Shown piece after piece: positions 1-14,716 of a stretch of 64,000 nucleotides of DNA. Source of the DNA: the human T2T-CHM13v2.0 reference genome, Homo sapiens; the NCBI RefSeq assembly GCF_009914755.1, contig NC_060931.1; one strand, written 5' to 3'. The position numbers and the translations under genes were made by a program. Within the stretch, counting starts at the first letter, position 1, and each line of letters starts with the position of its first letter. The notes under the pieces were generated by a model. That model made no database searches, was not told the DNA's origin, and worked only from the letters and a program-made list of their open reading frames with translations.

Positions 1-263
1 TGCAAACACTGGTGATCTCAGGAGTGCTAAGTACCCCTCACTTTCAACAAATCTCTCTCACCTGGGAAGAAAACTTCTACCAGAACAAGGACCACCTAGG
101 GAGGTGAAAGAGGGGATTTCCACTTTAGAGGATGGAGAAACCAAAGGGCATTTCACTCATTCACAGTTTTGCTGAGCTTGGCTCCAGTAGGTAGAAAAGT
201 TCTTCAGGAGTTCAGCACACCACTCAGGCAATTGTTGTTTCAAAATTCTATCTGTTGCCCCCA

Positions 264-660
264 TGCAAGTTTTCTCAGGCTACCATAGTGAAAATCCACA
301 GACTGGGTGGCTTAAACAACAGAGATTTCTTTTCTCACCATTCTGGAGGGTAGAAGTCTGAGATCAAAGTGTTGGCATGGTGGATTTCTCGAGGCCCTCC
401 TTGCAGATGGCCACCTTCTCCCTGTGTCTTCACGTGGTCCTCTCTCCGGGCACACACCTGTCTGGTGTCTTTCTCTCTGTGCCCAAATTTCCTCTTCTTG
501 TAAAAACACCAGTCATATTGGATTAGGCCCACCCTAAAGACCTCATTTTAACTTAATCACTCTTTGAAGAACTCATCTCCAAATGCGGTTACATTCTGAG
601 ATCCTGAAAGTTAGGATTTCAACGTATGAATTTGGGGGAAATACCATTCAGCCCATAATG
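264..660 (-). mobile_element. MaLR solo LTR, MLT1B-like
   Basis: Matches the MLT1 reverse complement: cagactgggtggcttaaacaacag...cagtcatattggattagg...tcagcccataa. Confidence 0.88.
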
Positions 661-799
661 CTGCCACCATCATTTTCCCTCTCTAATATGCTGACTTTTT
701 GTTTATTGCACGTGGGCTTCCCTCTGTTTCTCCCCTCCTGAACTCTTTTAGCGATTACATTACTCTCAGAGCATCTGCAGTTCTTAGAGTGTATTATAA

Positions 800-947
800 T
801 CATTTGGGTACAGCTCTCATTTCCCTATGACATTCTATAAATTCTGAAATCAGAGAGTGTGCCTTTTACATCTCTCATAGCACTAGAGGAGGTTTTGTAT
901 ACAGTAGACATTTTGTAATATTTATTAAATGAATGAATGAATGAATG
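800..947 (+). mobile_element. L2 3' end fragment with (AATG)n tail
   Basis: Ends aatatttattaaatgaatgaatgaatgaatg, typical of an L2 terminus. Confidence 0.6.
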
Positions 948-3900
948 GAAAGAGGATTAGATGCAGCCTCTGAACCTGCAATTTATTTGCTTTAAGACTG
1001 TCTCCAAATGATGAGTATTAAAGATGCTTTCTCCTCACTTCCTGCCCCCCAAGACAGGTAGAAATAAGTTAAGGCTGAGGAGAAAAATTGAAAGAAAGGT
1101 GTGATTGACTAATAGCAGGAGAGTTACCTTTCTCCCAGAGGTAGGAAATAGTAAATAGCACAAGCATGCCCCAGTTAAGGTGGCCTTTCCACAAGAAAAC
1201 TGTTCGGGGATCCAAGAGGGACTTACTGAGTTTGAAGCCTGTGGGACATGCAAGGGCATGTGTCTAGAAAACAATGCATATGCAGGTCTGAAGGTCAGGT
1301 GAGAACCAGAGATGTTCACAGTCACCACCTACAGGCAGGAAGCAGCAGTGTGTCAATGAATGAGGCCACCAAGGAAGACTGTGTAGAGGGAGAGGAGCAG
1401 TGGCTTAAAGATTCCATCAGAAATTGTGTATGGAAATTTTTCCTGCTAGATAACAGGAGAAGGACCTGTCCAAGAGGAAGAACACTGCACGATACTTCTA
1501 ATGAAGCTGTGTGAGAACATGTAGATGAGCTAATGTGTGTGTCTATTTTTTCTCCCCTAGTGTTTTTGGACCTATTTTGTTCCTTCTCTGTCCTGTCTTT
1601 TGGGGGCTATGCCCCAAACCATTCCTGTGAGCCTTCTCCTACCCACCTTTGCTCCCTTCTAGCTAACTCCACCTATGGTCATTGTCCAACTCCCCTGCTG
1701 CCTGCTCAGGGAATCTTAGACAAACTTCCTTTGGGCCCATTTTCTTCATCAGCCAATCAGAGCTGATCAGAATGGACAGGAGGGGAGGCCAGGATGAGAA
1801 TCCTTAATAACCAAAGAGACAGAGGCAGGTCGTTTTCAGGGTCAGGTGGCTGTGACGCTATGGTCACAGAGCATCATCTTGTTTAGTCAGTAAAGGCCCC
1901 AGATAGGGGTGGAGGGCTGTGCCTCTTTTGCCCTGAACTCCCTCCTTTGTCCATTGTCCCCTGCTGATTATCCCACTCCACCTGTTCCCCAGAATAAGCT
2001 TTGGCAGTATTTTAGGGTTTCCCTGCCAGACCAGAGAGTGGAGGGGCCAGGCCATGGCCCCTGACAGTCATTACCAGCCTCCCATCTCTAGGCCTCACCA
2101 TCAAATGTCATTTCTCACGGAGCCATATTTACCCCTGGGCTGAATTTCCCTAATTTGCCCTGCTAGCATGATGCAAATAAAAGGGGTAAAGGTATTTATT
2201 CATCTCTCTTTTATTTTCCAAAGTGTTATTTCTTTTCCTTTAAGTTCTCTCCTTGCTTTATGTTTCTTCTCTCTCCCTTAGTTCTCCTTCCTTAGTAGAA
2301 ACCCTTGAGCTTCAGGGTGATTTTCTGATTATGAGCAGAAGAGGCTATCAGAGATCTGGAAGCCACCTCCTGCATTTCTTTATTCCCCCTCCTCACCCAA
2401 TTGTTTTAAATGTACATTGAGATACCAGCTTTCTTCAAGAACCCACTTCCACACTTTCCTCTTTGTGTTCTTGGAGTAGCCAGGAAAAAGATGCCCATTT
2501 TCTCGAAGGTACCCAAAATGTCAGTGACACTTGGGTCAGTGATTTTATGCAAATTACTAATTATATCAAATGAGAAATGTTGAAAGCAAGAGGAAACCCT
2601 TTGCAATCCATGAATGGTCTAGTTGGGGTGTTCCAGTGAATGATGGCCAGTGGCCAACATAGGTGCCTCCCGACTGTGTTTCATTAATTTCAGTCAGCTC
2701 GTGGGCTTGGAGAGAAAGATCATTTTCCTATGAGCACATAAAAGAAGTGCTTTGAGTTGTAAGCACTTCGAAGGCTTTGCCCTTGTTTTCGAATGGGAGA
2801 TTTTATAACCACTGTGGGCCAGTATTTTTGAAGTCAGTCGAAGCTCCAGATGGAGTGGAAAGAGAAGCTTGGGTTTTTATTTTCTTCTTCTTTTCTTGAG
2901 TTTTGCAGAATGAGCCTCCCTGGAAACCTTGACAAAGTCCTTAGTCTCCTTTGGTTCAGGTGGGCCCAAGCTTTTTATAGTAGGATCTGAAGGGATCTTT
3001 CTTAAACTAAGATTCCTTCCTGTGGGTTTTTAGTAGTGGCTGTAGAACTAGGCTTATATGGGAGAAGGTCTGGAATCCACTCCCTTCCCTGGGAGTCTCC
3101 TCTCAAGGAGACCACTCTCAGGGTCCTTGTCATGAGATATGAGAAGAAAAGTCCACAATGAGCCTGGGCATAGCCCAGATTTGGTTAAGGATTGAGGGGA
3201 CACGAGGTCACAGGTCCCATGGGACTCCCAGCGTTCTGGAAACCTCCATAGTAAAGAGGGTAGAGGACATTCCAACACCACCACGTGCAGCTTTAGTAAC
3301 CTTGCCCAAATAAACGTGTTTCCCCGGCCAGGGAATTGCACCTGGTCTTAAGAGGCACCTCCATGAAAACACACCTTTCTGCCTGGCATGACCATTGACA
3401 GAGAAAGACCGTGCTGAGAAGGGGGATACAGCAGGGAGAAAAACACACAACGGTGCCAGGAGCTCTTGTCTAGAACTCCTTTCCAGGCTTTTTTTCCCCA
3501 TAAGCGCAAGTGAGTACACAAGTAAAGAGAAAAGAATGATTGTGCTATTTAGCTTTGAACCAAAAACTATCAAGCCTTTCCTAAGGTTCCAACTGTAATA
3601 GCATTTGTACAGTTACAGGACACAGACTCAATTGCTTCTGAACTCTGCTTTAGGATGCCTAACAGGATTAAGTTGTGAACATCTCATACCACGCCGTGCA
3701 ACAGTACTCAAATAGGACTTAAGCAGAACAAACAGTCTGGGGAAAAAAAAAAAGCCCTAAGACATTTTCCTTCCTACTATTCTCTGTATCCCAGGCTCAA
3801 CTTAATGCCAAATTAAATCTGGATTTTTTTTTTAATAGACGTTTCCTAGAGGAAAAGGCAGAGCTGCATTCCCTGAAACATATTTTAGCCCAAACTTATA

Positions 3901-5007
3901 ACTTGGATTTTTTCTTTCCTCCTCCCTTTCGCTAATTCAAAACAAAATGTCCATCACGCACTCTAACACCAGCCTCTAAGAGCTAGAGACAAATGAAGTC
4001 TGAATATTCACGCCAATGTGGTACAAATGAGCTGTGATTTCAGGATGCTGGCTGTTTTACTGACAGGGGAAAAGGGCAGTTGACTAGTTTAATATATTTG
4101 GCTGAAAACACTTTGCTAAAGAGCAGTGAAGAAGGCCAATGTTAATAATGAATCCTGTTCTTTAATGACCAAATATGATATATCATGGAATGGGGCATCC
4201 TGAGTTTGGGGGAAAGCATTTCACCATATCCACAGGATGCAGACGAGAATGAATGCAAACATACTGCCTTCATGTTGGGCCCTAATGAAGAAGCTCTTCT
4301 AGGAGTATTTTCTCCAAGTTCCTCAAAGAATTCCTCCCATAAGTATATGATACCATGATTTTGAATCTGATTTCACACAGAATTACAAAATTATAAATAT
4401 AAAGACATTTGTTATTATGAGAGACTCCGGGAATCTAGCTAACTGTCTCCCATTATTGGCTAATGGTTTATAAATTTTAAAATGCAATTATAAGTTGGGG
4501 TTGATGAGGGAAGCCTGTGACCACCATTAGCACCTTCCTTAAATATGCATATTCAGTCAGTCATTAATTCATTCATTCTACAGATATCACTGGATTGGAC
4601 CTTCTCCATCTCACGTGCCATATTAGTTCTGTGTTACATTTGCAATTCTAGTATTCCTTACCATAAAATGGGCTTTTTTTTAATTAAATGCAATGGAAAA
4701 TTTTGTGAATCCAATGACGTGTTCAGTGACGTAAATTGTGATTTCTAATACTGTATTTATTTTTCATTGGCTTCGTCTTGGCAAAGGGCCATAATATTTT
4801 AAATTTCTCTGCCCTCTCATCCACCTATCACACTTTATTATGCGGTTTATAGGCAAAACACAGGCATGCACTGGCTATATCTGTAAATCTACTTTTCTGC
4901 AAATCACTTGAAGGGTAATGCATAATTGCCCCCTACATTATTGTTTCCTAGATTCTAACTTTTGTATAGAATGTTGTTAAAAGCAGATTATAATGTAGTT
5001 CCAAGTA

Positions 5008-5333
5008 TGCTGCTTCCTCTGTATCCATAGGGGATTGGTTTCAGGACTCCCGAGGATACCAAAATATACTGATGCTCAATTCCCTGATATACAATGGCAC
5101 AGTATTTGCACATAACCTATGCATATCCTATCGTATACTTTAAATCATCTCTACCTCTAACACCTAATAAAATGTAAATGCTATGTAAATCACTGTTATA
5201 CTGTATTTCCTATTATATTTTTTATTGTTGTATGGTTTTTTTAATTGCGTTGGTTTTTTTTAAAAAAATATTTTTCTATCCCTGGTTGATTGAATCTATG
5301 GATGCAGAACCCATGGATATGGAGAGCTGATAG
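5008..5333. mobile_element. MER2 (TcMar-Tigger) DNA transposon
   Basis: ggggattggtttcaggac...gatgctcaa...gttgattgaatctatggatgcagaacccatggatatggag; degenerate TIRs flanked by TA. Confidence 0.85.
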
Positions 5334-5408
5334 TAATTGAATTTAAAAGCAAAATAAGGGTGCTGTGATATTTTTATGAAATGCTCATGAGAATCAAAGA
5401 TGAGAGAC

Positions 5409-5582
5409 CAGAAGCCAATTTACCGTGAAGTCAGTAGAGTTTAAGCCGCAGGGCCTCTCATGGGGAGAGGTCCCTGCCTCAACACCCCCATGCCTAACTT
5501 TTTACATTTACTATTGTATTCTGGTTTTCCAAGAAGGCCTCTCAAATAATCTTCAGGTCCCACAAAACCTGGATCTGCCCTG
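5409..5582. mobile_element. MER53-like hAT element
   Basis: atttaccgtgaag...cttcaggtcccacaaaacctggatctgccctg matches recalled MER53 ends. Confidence 0.65.
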
Positions 5583-5992
5583 AAACTGACACAGATATAC
5601 TGAGATGATTTAGCATCGTGTCTAAAGCTAATTAAGTAAGCAAAGCAAAGAAATGGTCAAAGTGTGAAATGTGATCATTTATTTTTTTAAGGCTTTAAGA
5701 CAAATTCAGCTTATTTTCTAAAGTGAACCCCACTTAAGTGAAATAATAAATCAGTTTGCCAAGGCACAAGTGAACATAAACAGAAGATTCATTTTTACTT
5801 CATTAATAAACATCAAATATGAACGGAACCTAACATCAAGCAGGCCAAGGCCTCCTGCTGACAGGAAACAGCTCCTAGTAAGAGCATTTGTAGAAGAACA
5901 TAAATCCTTCCAGGCAATCACGTGATCATTTCATCATTGAGGTCCTTGCTACAGTCTACTATGTATTATCCATTTACAGGTCTTGTGAGATG

Positions 5993-6225
5993 TAACAGAG
6001 TGTTGTGATTAAAAGCACACAATCTGGGGCTGAGTTGCCTGGATGTAGACCCCAGCTCTACCACTTACTAGCTATGTGACCTTGGGCCAATGACTCACCT
6101 TCTCTGGGCCTCTGTCTTTTCATCTGTAAAATGGAAATAATAAGGATTGTCACAAGGATTTAAACTGATATTATCACAGTTCTTAGAACTGTGCTTGGTA
6201 CATAGTAAGTGCTACATAACTGTTG
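5993..6225 (+). mobile_element. MIR SINE
   Basis: MIR core cccagctctaccacttactagctatgtgaccttggg...catctgtaaaatgg. Confidence 0.85.
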
Positions 6226-6393
6226 TCGAAAGAAATCAGCTTATCCATCTAGAATGAAAGCTATATGGGATTGCTTGTGGGTTCACTCTTGCAACTCCTC
6301 ACAGTGCCTAACATGGCACATGGTCAGCCATCAATGAAAGACAGCAACCCAGGGCCCATGCTGCCCTGCAAATGTGCTTCCCTTGTCCACCCT

Positions 6394-6756
6394 TGATGTG
6401 GTTTGGCTTTGTGTACCCACTCAAATCTCACCTTGAGTTGTAATATTCCTCATGTGTCATGGGAGGGACCAGGTGGGAAGTAATTGAATCTTGGGAGTGG
6501 GTTTTTCCCTGTGTTGTTCTCATGATAGTGAATAAGTCTCACAAGATCTGATGGTTTTATAAAGGGGATTTCCCCCACACATGCTCTCTCTTGCCTGCTG
6601 CCATGTAAGACGTCCCTTTGCTCCTCATTCACCTTCCACCATGATTGTGAGGCCTCCCCAGCCACGTGGAACTGTGATTCAATTAAACATCTTTCCTTTA
6701 TAAATTACCCAGTCTCAGGTATGTCTTTACTAGCAGTGTGAGAATAGACTAATACA
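6394..6756 (+). mobile_element. THE1 (THE1B/C-like) solo LTR
   Basis: Full LTR from tgatgtggtttggc to gactaataca, including gaggcctccccagcc and ataaattacccagtctc. Confidence 0.92.
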
Positions 6757-7167
6757 AGCATTTTTTTCAAATTTTGAGTCTGAATGCTCATAGGGATGCA
6801 GGGATGCATATGTTCTCCATTTTCCCATAAGCTACCACTCCCCAAATAGTTACCTCTTTGGTCCTTTAAGCTATTTGAGTTTGTCATGCCTGATATAAAT
6901 GAATGATCCCATAATACACGAACACTGCAACAGTTAGTGGCAGTTTTATGGCTCACTGGAGTAAAGAGATGGGCCCATAAGGAAGTGAAATATGAGTCAC
7001 TTCCACTCCCTGATGCTCTACCTGCAAACAGTGTTCCGGTTAACCTACCTATCCCTGTTTCTAAACTAGAGGTCTCAGAAGGGAAATAGGAAATCAGGAA
7101 TCTGAGCAAGCACTTGCTTAGAAACAGAGACGAGTACAACCTAATGTCAGAGCTGGCCAAGACTCTA

Positions 7168-7560
7168 TCAGTCATGACAAGCTAGGTTATGCTGGCGTCA
7201 GAAACAGCCAAAATCTCAGCAACGTCAAAATGAACGTGTGTTTATCACTCATGCTTTGTCACTAACCCTGGATAGGCAAGGGTTTCTAGTCCACATCACT
7301 GTCATCCATGCTTAGCCACCCCTACTGACAATGACTGTCTGGAAATCTTACCAACCATGATGGAGAGAAAAGAGCTCTTTGGAGGGTCTCCTATTGGCAA
7401 GTCTACCCCAGAAGTGACATGATACTTCTGCTCAAAACTCATTGGCCAGAATTAGCCACTTGGCCCCAGATGACCACAAGGGGCAAGCACAATACTATAA
7501 TGTGCCCAGAAGAAGTAAAACAAGAATATGGGGCAAACAGCACAAAGGATCATAGCTGCG
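7168..7560 (-). mobile_element. Old MaLR LTR (MLT1J/K-like)
   Basis: ctaggttatgctg...aaatctcag...ccagaagtgaca...cattggccagaa motifs; highly diverged. Confidence 0.55.
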
Positions 7561-7609
7561 ACATTATTTGGAACTTGGAGTCTCAGGCCAGAATTCTTAA
7601 GCTTTTCAA

Positions 7610-8110
7610 TGAGTTCAACTCAGCAAATATTTCCATTCATAAATAACTGCACAGCAAAGTACTCAGCACTGTGAGGGGATGTCAGAGGAGATGTAGGCCT
7701 TGACACTGAGCAGCTTCAGACTTGGTCAAGAGAAAGTGATGGTACAAAACATTTGAACAGCAAGGCCATATAGTATTGATCACCAAGAACAAGGCCAATA
7801 ATTGCTGTAGAAGCTGAAAGGGAGGGTGGTTCTGGGATAAAGATAGGACTTGAGCTGGACTCTGGAAAAATATAGGGGATTTGCAGGAGTGGAGGGCACT
7901 TCAGGTTATGGGCAGCAAGAAGCCAGAGACAAAGGCCCAGAGGCAGAAATGAGGGTGAAATTATTGCAGGATTCAGGAGTTTGGCTTGGCTGTAAGTTGT
8001 GTTTGCATGGGAGGGTAGGGTGGGGAGAGGAATCATGTGATGGATAGAGTGGAGCCATTTCACAGTGAGTTTCTGGGTTCTGCAGAGAAACAAGATGGTG
8101 GTATGTGGGA
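7610..8110 (-). mobile_element. L2 fragments
   Basis: ttcaactcagcaaatattt start followed by purine-rich L2-like sequence; diverged. Confidence 0.45.
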
Positions 8111-9209
8111 GGAAGATCATTTTTCCTGAATAACTCCATTCAAAACCAAGGAATCTGCACCTCCCAATCACCAGCCTTTCCCAGCACATTTATTCCCCAA
8201 AACAAGAGTCCTGAATACCCAACAGCTTCCCAGACCTTCTAGGCAGTCATTGAATGGAGACAGTAGTAAACCCTGGGCTGCTCCTGCCTCCAGTTTAAAG
8301 CATCTTTGATCACTTCTGCTGACAAAGAATATCCAAGTTCAAGTGAAATAGCCTCTTATTGCTGGGGTCAGTGTAGCCTTTTTGCTATGTAACATCTGTT
8401 TTTAAGATTCGGCTGAGAGCTGAGACCTTGACTTAAATCTGTTTAACTTAAAAAGCAGCAAGAGAACATCTTGTTTTCATGAATGTCCAGGGGCTGTGTG
8501 TCAACAAATAAAAGGTCTGCTTGTGGTACTCAAAGTGGAAAAGCTGGTTGTGAGATGTTCTGCCACTGGGATAAATTTATTATGGACTGTTTGTCTCTTG
8601 GAATCATGCACCAGCATTTGAAAATAAATCAGCATATTTCTGCTTGATGGCGTGTTAGAACCATGCTTTTATTGTCGGAAGTTCACAGAGCTGGATGGGT
8701 CTAGAAAGATGCCCTCTTTCATGCCTCCCACCTTAGCTGCATGAAGTTAATGTCTTAACGTGGATTCCCTGGGTCTGCATGAATTCTGGCAACAGTTTCT
8801 GATGGATCATTATTTTTATGTGACTTATGTAGGACCTGAAGTGGGAAAGAAGTGGGTGAGACTAGTTCACCATCCCTCAAATCTGACTAGTTGCTTTTCT
8901 CCTCACCCACCTATTTAGGAGAGAGAAGTGGAAAGGAATTTTATTTATCTGCACCTAGGGGAGCAAATGTCTGGCATGTACTCGATGTCAATTTAATTTG
9001 TTGAATGAATACAAACTCCAGTCTTACAAATTTATGTTCCCTGTATGAATTCATGTCTCTATATATATTAATGTCATTCCTTTTGGAAAAGGTGATTACC
9101 ATCCAGATCTTATTCTAACACATAGGAAACCATTAGATCGTTCCTGTAGTTCTCTCTCATAGTAGCTTCTTTTTTTCTTCTTTTTAGGTTTCTTCCTAAC
9201 ATTAACCTA

Positions 9210-9349
9210 ATTTGTATTTTATTTGTTGATTGCCCATCTCCACCATCAGACTACAAGCAACTTGAAGGCAGAATAGCTGCATTCACATCTTATATGCTAC
9301 ACTAAGCAAGGTAGCTAGTACATGAATATTTCATAAACATTTATTGAAT
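9210..9349 (+). mobile_element. L2 3' end fragment
   Basis: agactacaagcaacttgaaggcag...ataaacatttattgaat. Confidence 0.6.
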
Positions 9350-10049
9350 TTTTTATTTATTTATTTTTATTATACTTTAAGTTCTGGGGTACATGTGCAG
9401 AACGTGCAGCTTGTTACATAGGTATACACATGCCATGGTGGTTTGCTGCACCCATCAACCCATCACCTACATTAGGTATTTCTCCTAATGCTATCCCTCC
9501 CGTAGCCCCCCACCCCCACCCCCTGACAGGTTCCAGTGTGTGATGTTCCCCTCCCTGTGCCCATGTGTTCTCATTGTTCAACTTCCAATTATGAGTGAGA
9601 ACATGCGGTGTTTGGTTTTCTGTTCTTGTGTTAGTTTGCTGAGAATGATGGTTTCCAGCTTCATCAATGTCCCTGCAGAGGACATGAACTCATCCTTTTT
9701 ATGGTTGCATAGTATTCCATGGTTTATATGTGCTACATTTTTTTTAATCCAGTCTATCATTGATGGACATTTGGGTTGGTTCCAAGTCTTTGCTATTGTG
9801 AATAGTGCTGCAATAAACATACGTGTGCATGTGTCTTTATAGTAGAATGATTTATAATCCTTTGGGTATATACCCAGTAATGGGATTGCTGGGTCAAATG
9901 GTATTTCTAGTTCTAGATCCTTGAGGAATTGCCACACTGTCTTCCACAATGGTTGAACTAACTTACACTCCCACCAACAGTGTAAAAGCATTCCTGTTTC
10001 TCCACATCCTCACCAGCATCTGTTGTTTCCTGACTTTTTAATGATCTGC
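9350..10049 (-). mobile_element. 5'-truncated L1PA (about PA6-PA8) with ORF2 C-terminal remnant and 3'UTR
   Basis: ORF 9578-9991 is the L1 ORF2p C-terminus ([16 protein letters not shown]...). L1 3'UTR and tail at the left. TSD attgaat(a)tttttatt at 9343-9357 and 10050-10065. Confidence 0.95.
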
Positions 10050-10451
10050 ATTGAATATTTTTATTAAAGTTCTCATTGGGATGATGGTTGTAGAGTCTCA
10101 GCCACTCTTGATTGTATCTGAATTTAAATATAATGCAGAAGACGACAGGACTTATAATGCAGCTGAATATGTAGGGGCCTTTTGTTTAATATCACACTCA
10201 CATTCATTTGGCCATACACGCTACTGAAGGTCACGGCGGGATGGGCTAAACTAACCATCTCTATTTTCTCAATTTAAGGTGGTCAGCTACATCTGTCATA
10301 TAGCTGGCCCGGATTAATGTCATAGCACAGGGCCATAGCTTAGGATTTTTTTCCCCTCAAATGAGTAACTCATTCCTGGTGGGATAAATCTGTGACTTTA
10401 GCCTTATTAGCAAGAAATTCTGGCCCACGAAGCTATCTGGTAAAGGCAGTG

Positions 10452-10832
10452 TGATATGGTTTGGATTTGTGTCCCTGCCAAATCTCATGTCGAATTGTGA
10501 TCCCCATTGTTGGAGGAGGGGCCTGGTGGGAGGTGATTGGATCATGGGGAAGGATTTCCCCCTTGCTGTTCTCGTGATACTGAGTGAGTTCTCACAAGTT
10601 ATTGCTGTTTAAAAGTGTGCAGCACCTCCCCCACTCTTTCTTCCTCCTACTCCCGCCATGTCAGGCATGCCTGCTTCCTGTTTGCCTTCCACTATGATTG
10701 AAAGTCTCCTGAGGCCTCCCCAGCCATGTTACTCATACAGCCTGCAGAATCATAATCCAATTAAAGTCTTTTCTTTATAAATTACACAGTCTCAGATGGT
10801 TCTTTATAGCAGTGCAAGAGCAGACTAATGCA
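10452..10832 (+). mobile_element. MSTA-like solo LTR
   Basis: tgatatggtttggatttgtgtccc...gactaatgca; 5-bp TSD cagtg/cagta. Confidence 0.92.
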
Positions 10833-12699
10833 CAGTATAAGGATCTAGGGTCAGAAAGGTGTTTTGGTGCTCAACAGACCTATGGCTTAATGTCCACGTT
10901 CACTTGTCCAGTGGTCAATGCAGATCTTTCTGGTGATCAAGCACAATATGAATACTCTCACTTGAGGGGTACGAAGGTGGATTCATTTGCTCCATTTTTC
11001 TTCGGCTTCCTGTGTAGATGGAATTGAAATGGGAATGATATGTGCATTCCAAAGGATCTCAAGAGAAATGCTCATTCGTTTACAAGAGGTGCAATCCCAC
11101 AATAGTTTCTTGCTTTGTATACTTGAAAACATTCCCAAAGAAACAAAGTTGGATGCAGAAAAGATATTGGGAGAAAAGAAAAATAATACTCCAAATTCTG
11201 AACAATTCTACTTTAACATGTTGATCTGTCTGCCAGCTGGCCACAGGGTTGACTACTTGTAATATATACTTTTGGTAGGCCGCATGTAGTTCTTGGAACT
11301 GTTTATATTCGGCTGCAGAAACTTAATTATTCTAAAATTGGCAGAGTGATCTTTGGTTACTTAATACAAAATTGCTTAGTCATCTTTAAACATAGTGTGG
11401 ACAGCTTTTGTTTAAGTGTGAAAAATTAGGAATTGCAAATGTACTCCAAAGAGATTTTAGGTCAGGGAGAAAAACAAGAAAGTATCATTCTTTCAAGATA
11501 TTTAGCCCGGTGGTTGCCACATGTTTTAATTTGACAAGCTAGGTAACTGTCGAGTTGAAGTCCTTGATTACAAGTATTTTTCCATTTTCTTTGTAGATAT
11601 TGTCAGAAGTAGAAAGCTGTTGCTGCTGCTTCTTAGATGGTATTCTAATCCTACACTCTGCAAAGTATAGGTTTTTCAGCAAGAGTGTGAGGAACTCTAA
11701 CATCAGCTGCTGGAACAGCTTTCTTGTTCTACGAAGCGAACAAGGATGCCATTTCAAGCTGGTTGTCACAAAGATCCTCCTTTTGCCTCTTTTGGTTTGA
11801 ATCCTCGAACTGTTGCCTTCCACGTATAGTACAGAGCTATAGTGCTTTAGCGAGGAAACAGGCAGGCAGAGTGAGCTTCTGCATTTTTTAAAGTCTAAAG
11901 TGGCACCGGAAGTTTCTAGTTTTTCCAGGAATGCCCATGGCAACCTCACACTTTTCCTGTGAACTGGGCTGGGGCTCCTAAGAGAGATGGTGAGAAAAGA
12001 TAAAAGTCCTGTAGCCAATGGGTAGCCACGCGAGGCCTGGGAAGGGTAGGTTCCCAAGCAAACCTCCAGAACGGTGCCTTATGTTTCTAATTACTGAGCA
12101 TGGTTAGAGAGCAAAATCAGGCAACAGTTTTTTTAGACTGATGGAAACATTTAATTGGCTCTGAATGTCAGTGTTTTCTAATTATGATAGAGGGGTAGCA
12201 AGAAGTTTCCAAAGGCTGCGGAAATTTGAAGTGTATCAGCTGAATTCTGATTCTCTTCTTTTCTTATTCATCCTGTCTTCTTTTTCTTTCAACATCCAAG
12301 AACAAACCTATTCCCTCAGTTAAATGCCTAATACTCCTCTTCCTGAAATCGAAATGTCTCTCTAAGACCAAGTTCTTTTCCACTAGAGAAAAACAACCAC
12401 AACTACAAATCAGAATATAAAATAGAGTTCCATAGTAAACCACCACCATTCCCAAGGTTTCTAAGAGCTCAGCCAGAGAAACAGCCTTTTGATAACGTCT
12501 TAGCCAAGTTCATTTGTTTAACAACTAAGTTCAACAAATAAACACTGCCCTGGCATCTGTTCCAACTCAACAAGTGTGAGCCTAATGCGGAGTATAAGAA
12601 AAACAGTCAGTTAAGAACTTTGAGGGATCACGAAAGACAGTAATCATTTCTAAGAGATAACAACCTTTTACAGAAGACAAATATGTACTTGGTAATTAA

Positions 12700-13088
<389 letters not shown>

Positions 13089-14206
13089 AGTTTTGTGCTA
13101 TTCTTAAGCAGGCCCCAACTGTGAGCCATTCCCTACCTGAGGAAAAGTCCAGGTATCCCCAAACTAATAAATGAGTGAAACTGCTATCTAAATGACTCAT
13201 TACTATCTAAATTACTATCTAAATATAAAGAAAGAGGAAGCAATCTAAGTACTTTTCAACTTATTATTTATCTGTAAATATATATGCTTAAATTATATGT
13301 CTGTTACATCCAAGGGACATAGCAGATAACATCCTTTAGTTGGGTTTCAAACCTTTCCACCTTGGATTATAAACTTCTAGAAGGTAGTTTTTAACCTGCT
13401 TTGCAGTTCCAGAATACAGTAAACACACTTGATGATCATGATGAATACAAGTCAAATAATTCACTAGAGAATAATTAGTCCCTGATCAGTAACAGCTTGT
13501 CCTTCACATACAAAAATACTGCTATTAACAAAGCACCTCTAGAACACACCTTTGAATTGTTTTCAGCACTATAAATGGATTTGCATCCTGCCATCTAAGC
13601 TATCCTACTTTATATTAGCAAGATAGCTGGCCAAGGCTCTGTATCACTAAACTGGAAGTGTTAGTTGAACAAACCAGTCACAAAAAGCAGGCACATGAGT
13701 TGCTGACTTTTTTTTTTTTTTTTAGCTGAGTAGTTCAGCAAGTCCAGAAGGCCATGCACAAGTTAAACTACTTTTATGTAAAATATGGTGATCTCTGCAG
13801 CATGTTTACAACTGGGAAAGGCCCATGGCTTCTGAACTTTCATTCCATGTGAACCACTCTTGGGCCTTGTTACTTAACTTGAAGTGTGATCTTTCTTCAG
13901 CCAGTGTCTCAGCTTCTTTTGTATTTGCCAAGCATTTCACTTTCTCAGTTGCAAGTGCCCAGTCACAGCTAGATTGCCCCCATCCAAAAAGCCTCCATAG
14001 GAAAATGGAGAGAGTACCAATGAGGGAATTATGAGAGCACAGCCATGCTTTGAGATGCTGACCCATACAACACCCCACAACTTACCACATCTTTTCTATG
14101 AGATTGTAAGGTCTTTGAAGACAGAAACCATATCTAACATACCTTCATGTCTCTGAAGTGCATAGCATTACTTCACTCAGTACAATCATTTCATATTAGG
14201 AGTTGA

Positions 14207-14501
<295 letters not shown>

Positions 14502-14521
14502 AGGAGTTGGAAGATCTTATA

Positions 14522-14716
14522 GTAGAGCTGTCCAGTAGAACTTTCTGCAGTGATGAAAACATTCTCTGCACCGTCTTATATGGGGGCCACTAAACACATA
14601 ATGGCTACTGAGCTCTTGAAATGGGACTGGTGAAGCTGAGGAACTGAATTTTAAATTTTATTTATTTTCAATTTAAATGACCTCGTGGCTGGTGGCTACC
14701 ATATTGGACAGCATAG
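14522..14716. mobile_element. MER3 (hAT-Charlie)
   Basis: gctgtccagtagaactttctgcagtgatg...gtggctaccatattggacagc; inverted ends gctgtcca/tggacagc. Confidence 0.85.

Noticed and set aside
9578-9991. 137-aa ORF with real protein similarity
   Set aside because: It is the frameshifted C-terminus of L1 ORF2p in a 5'-truncated L1PA, not a host gene.
11539-12057. 172-aa minus-strand ORF ending ...ILVIKDFNS, superficially like a LINE endonuclease GDFN motif
   Set aside because: Non-ATG start, the G of the motif is absent, no other endonuclease motifs, and no recognisable protein similarity; consistent with a chance ORF.
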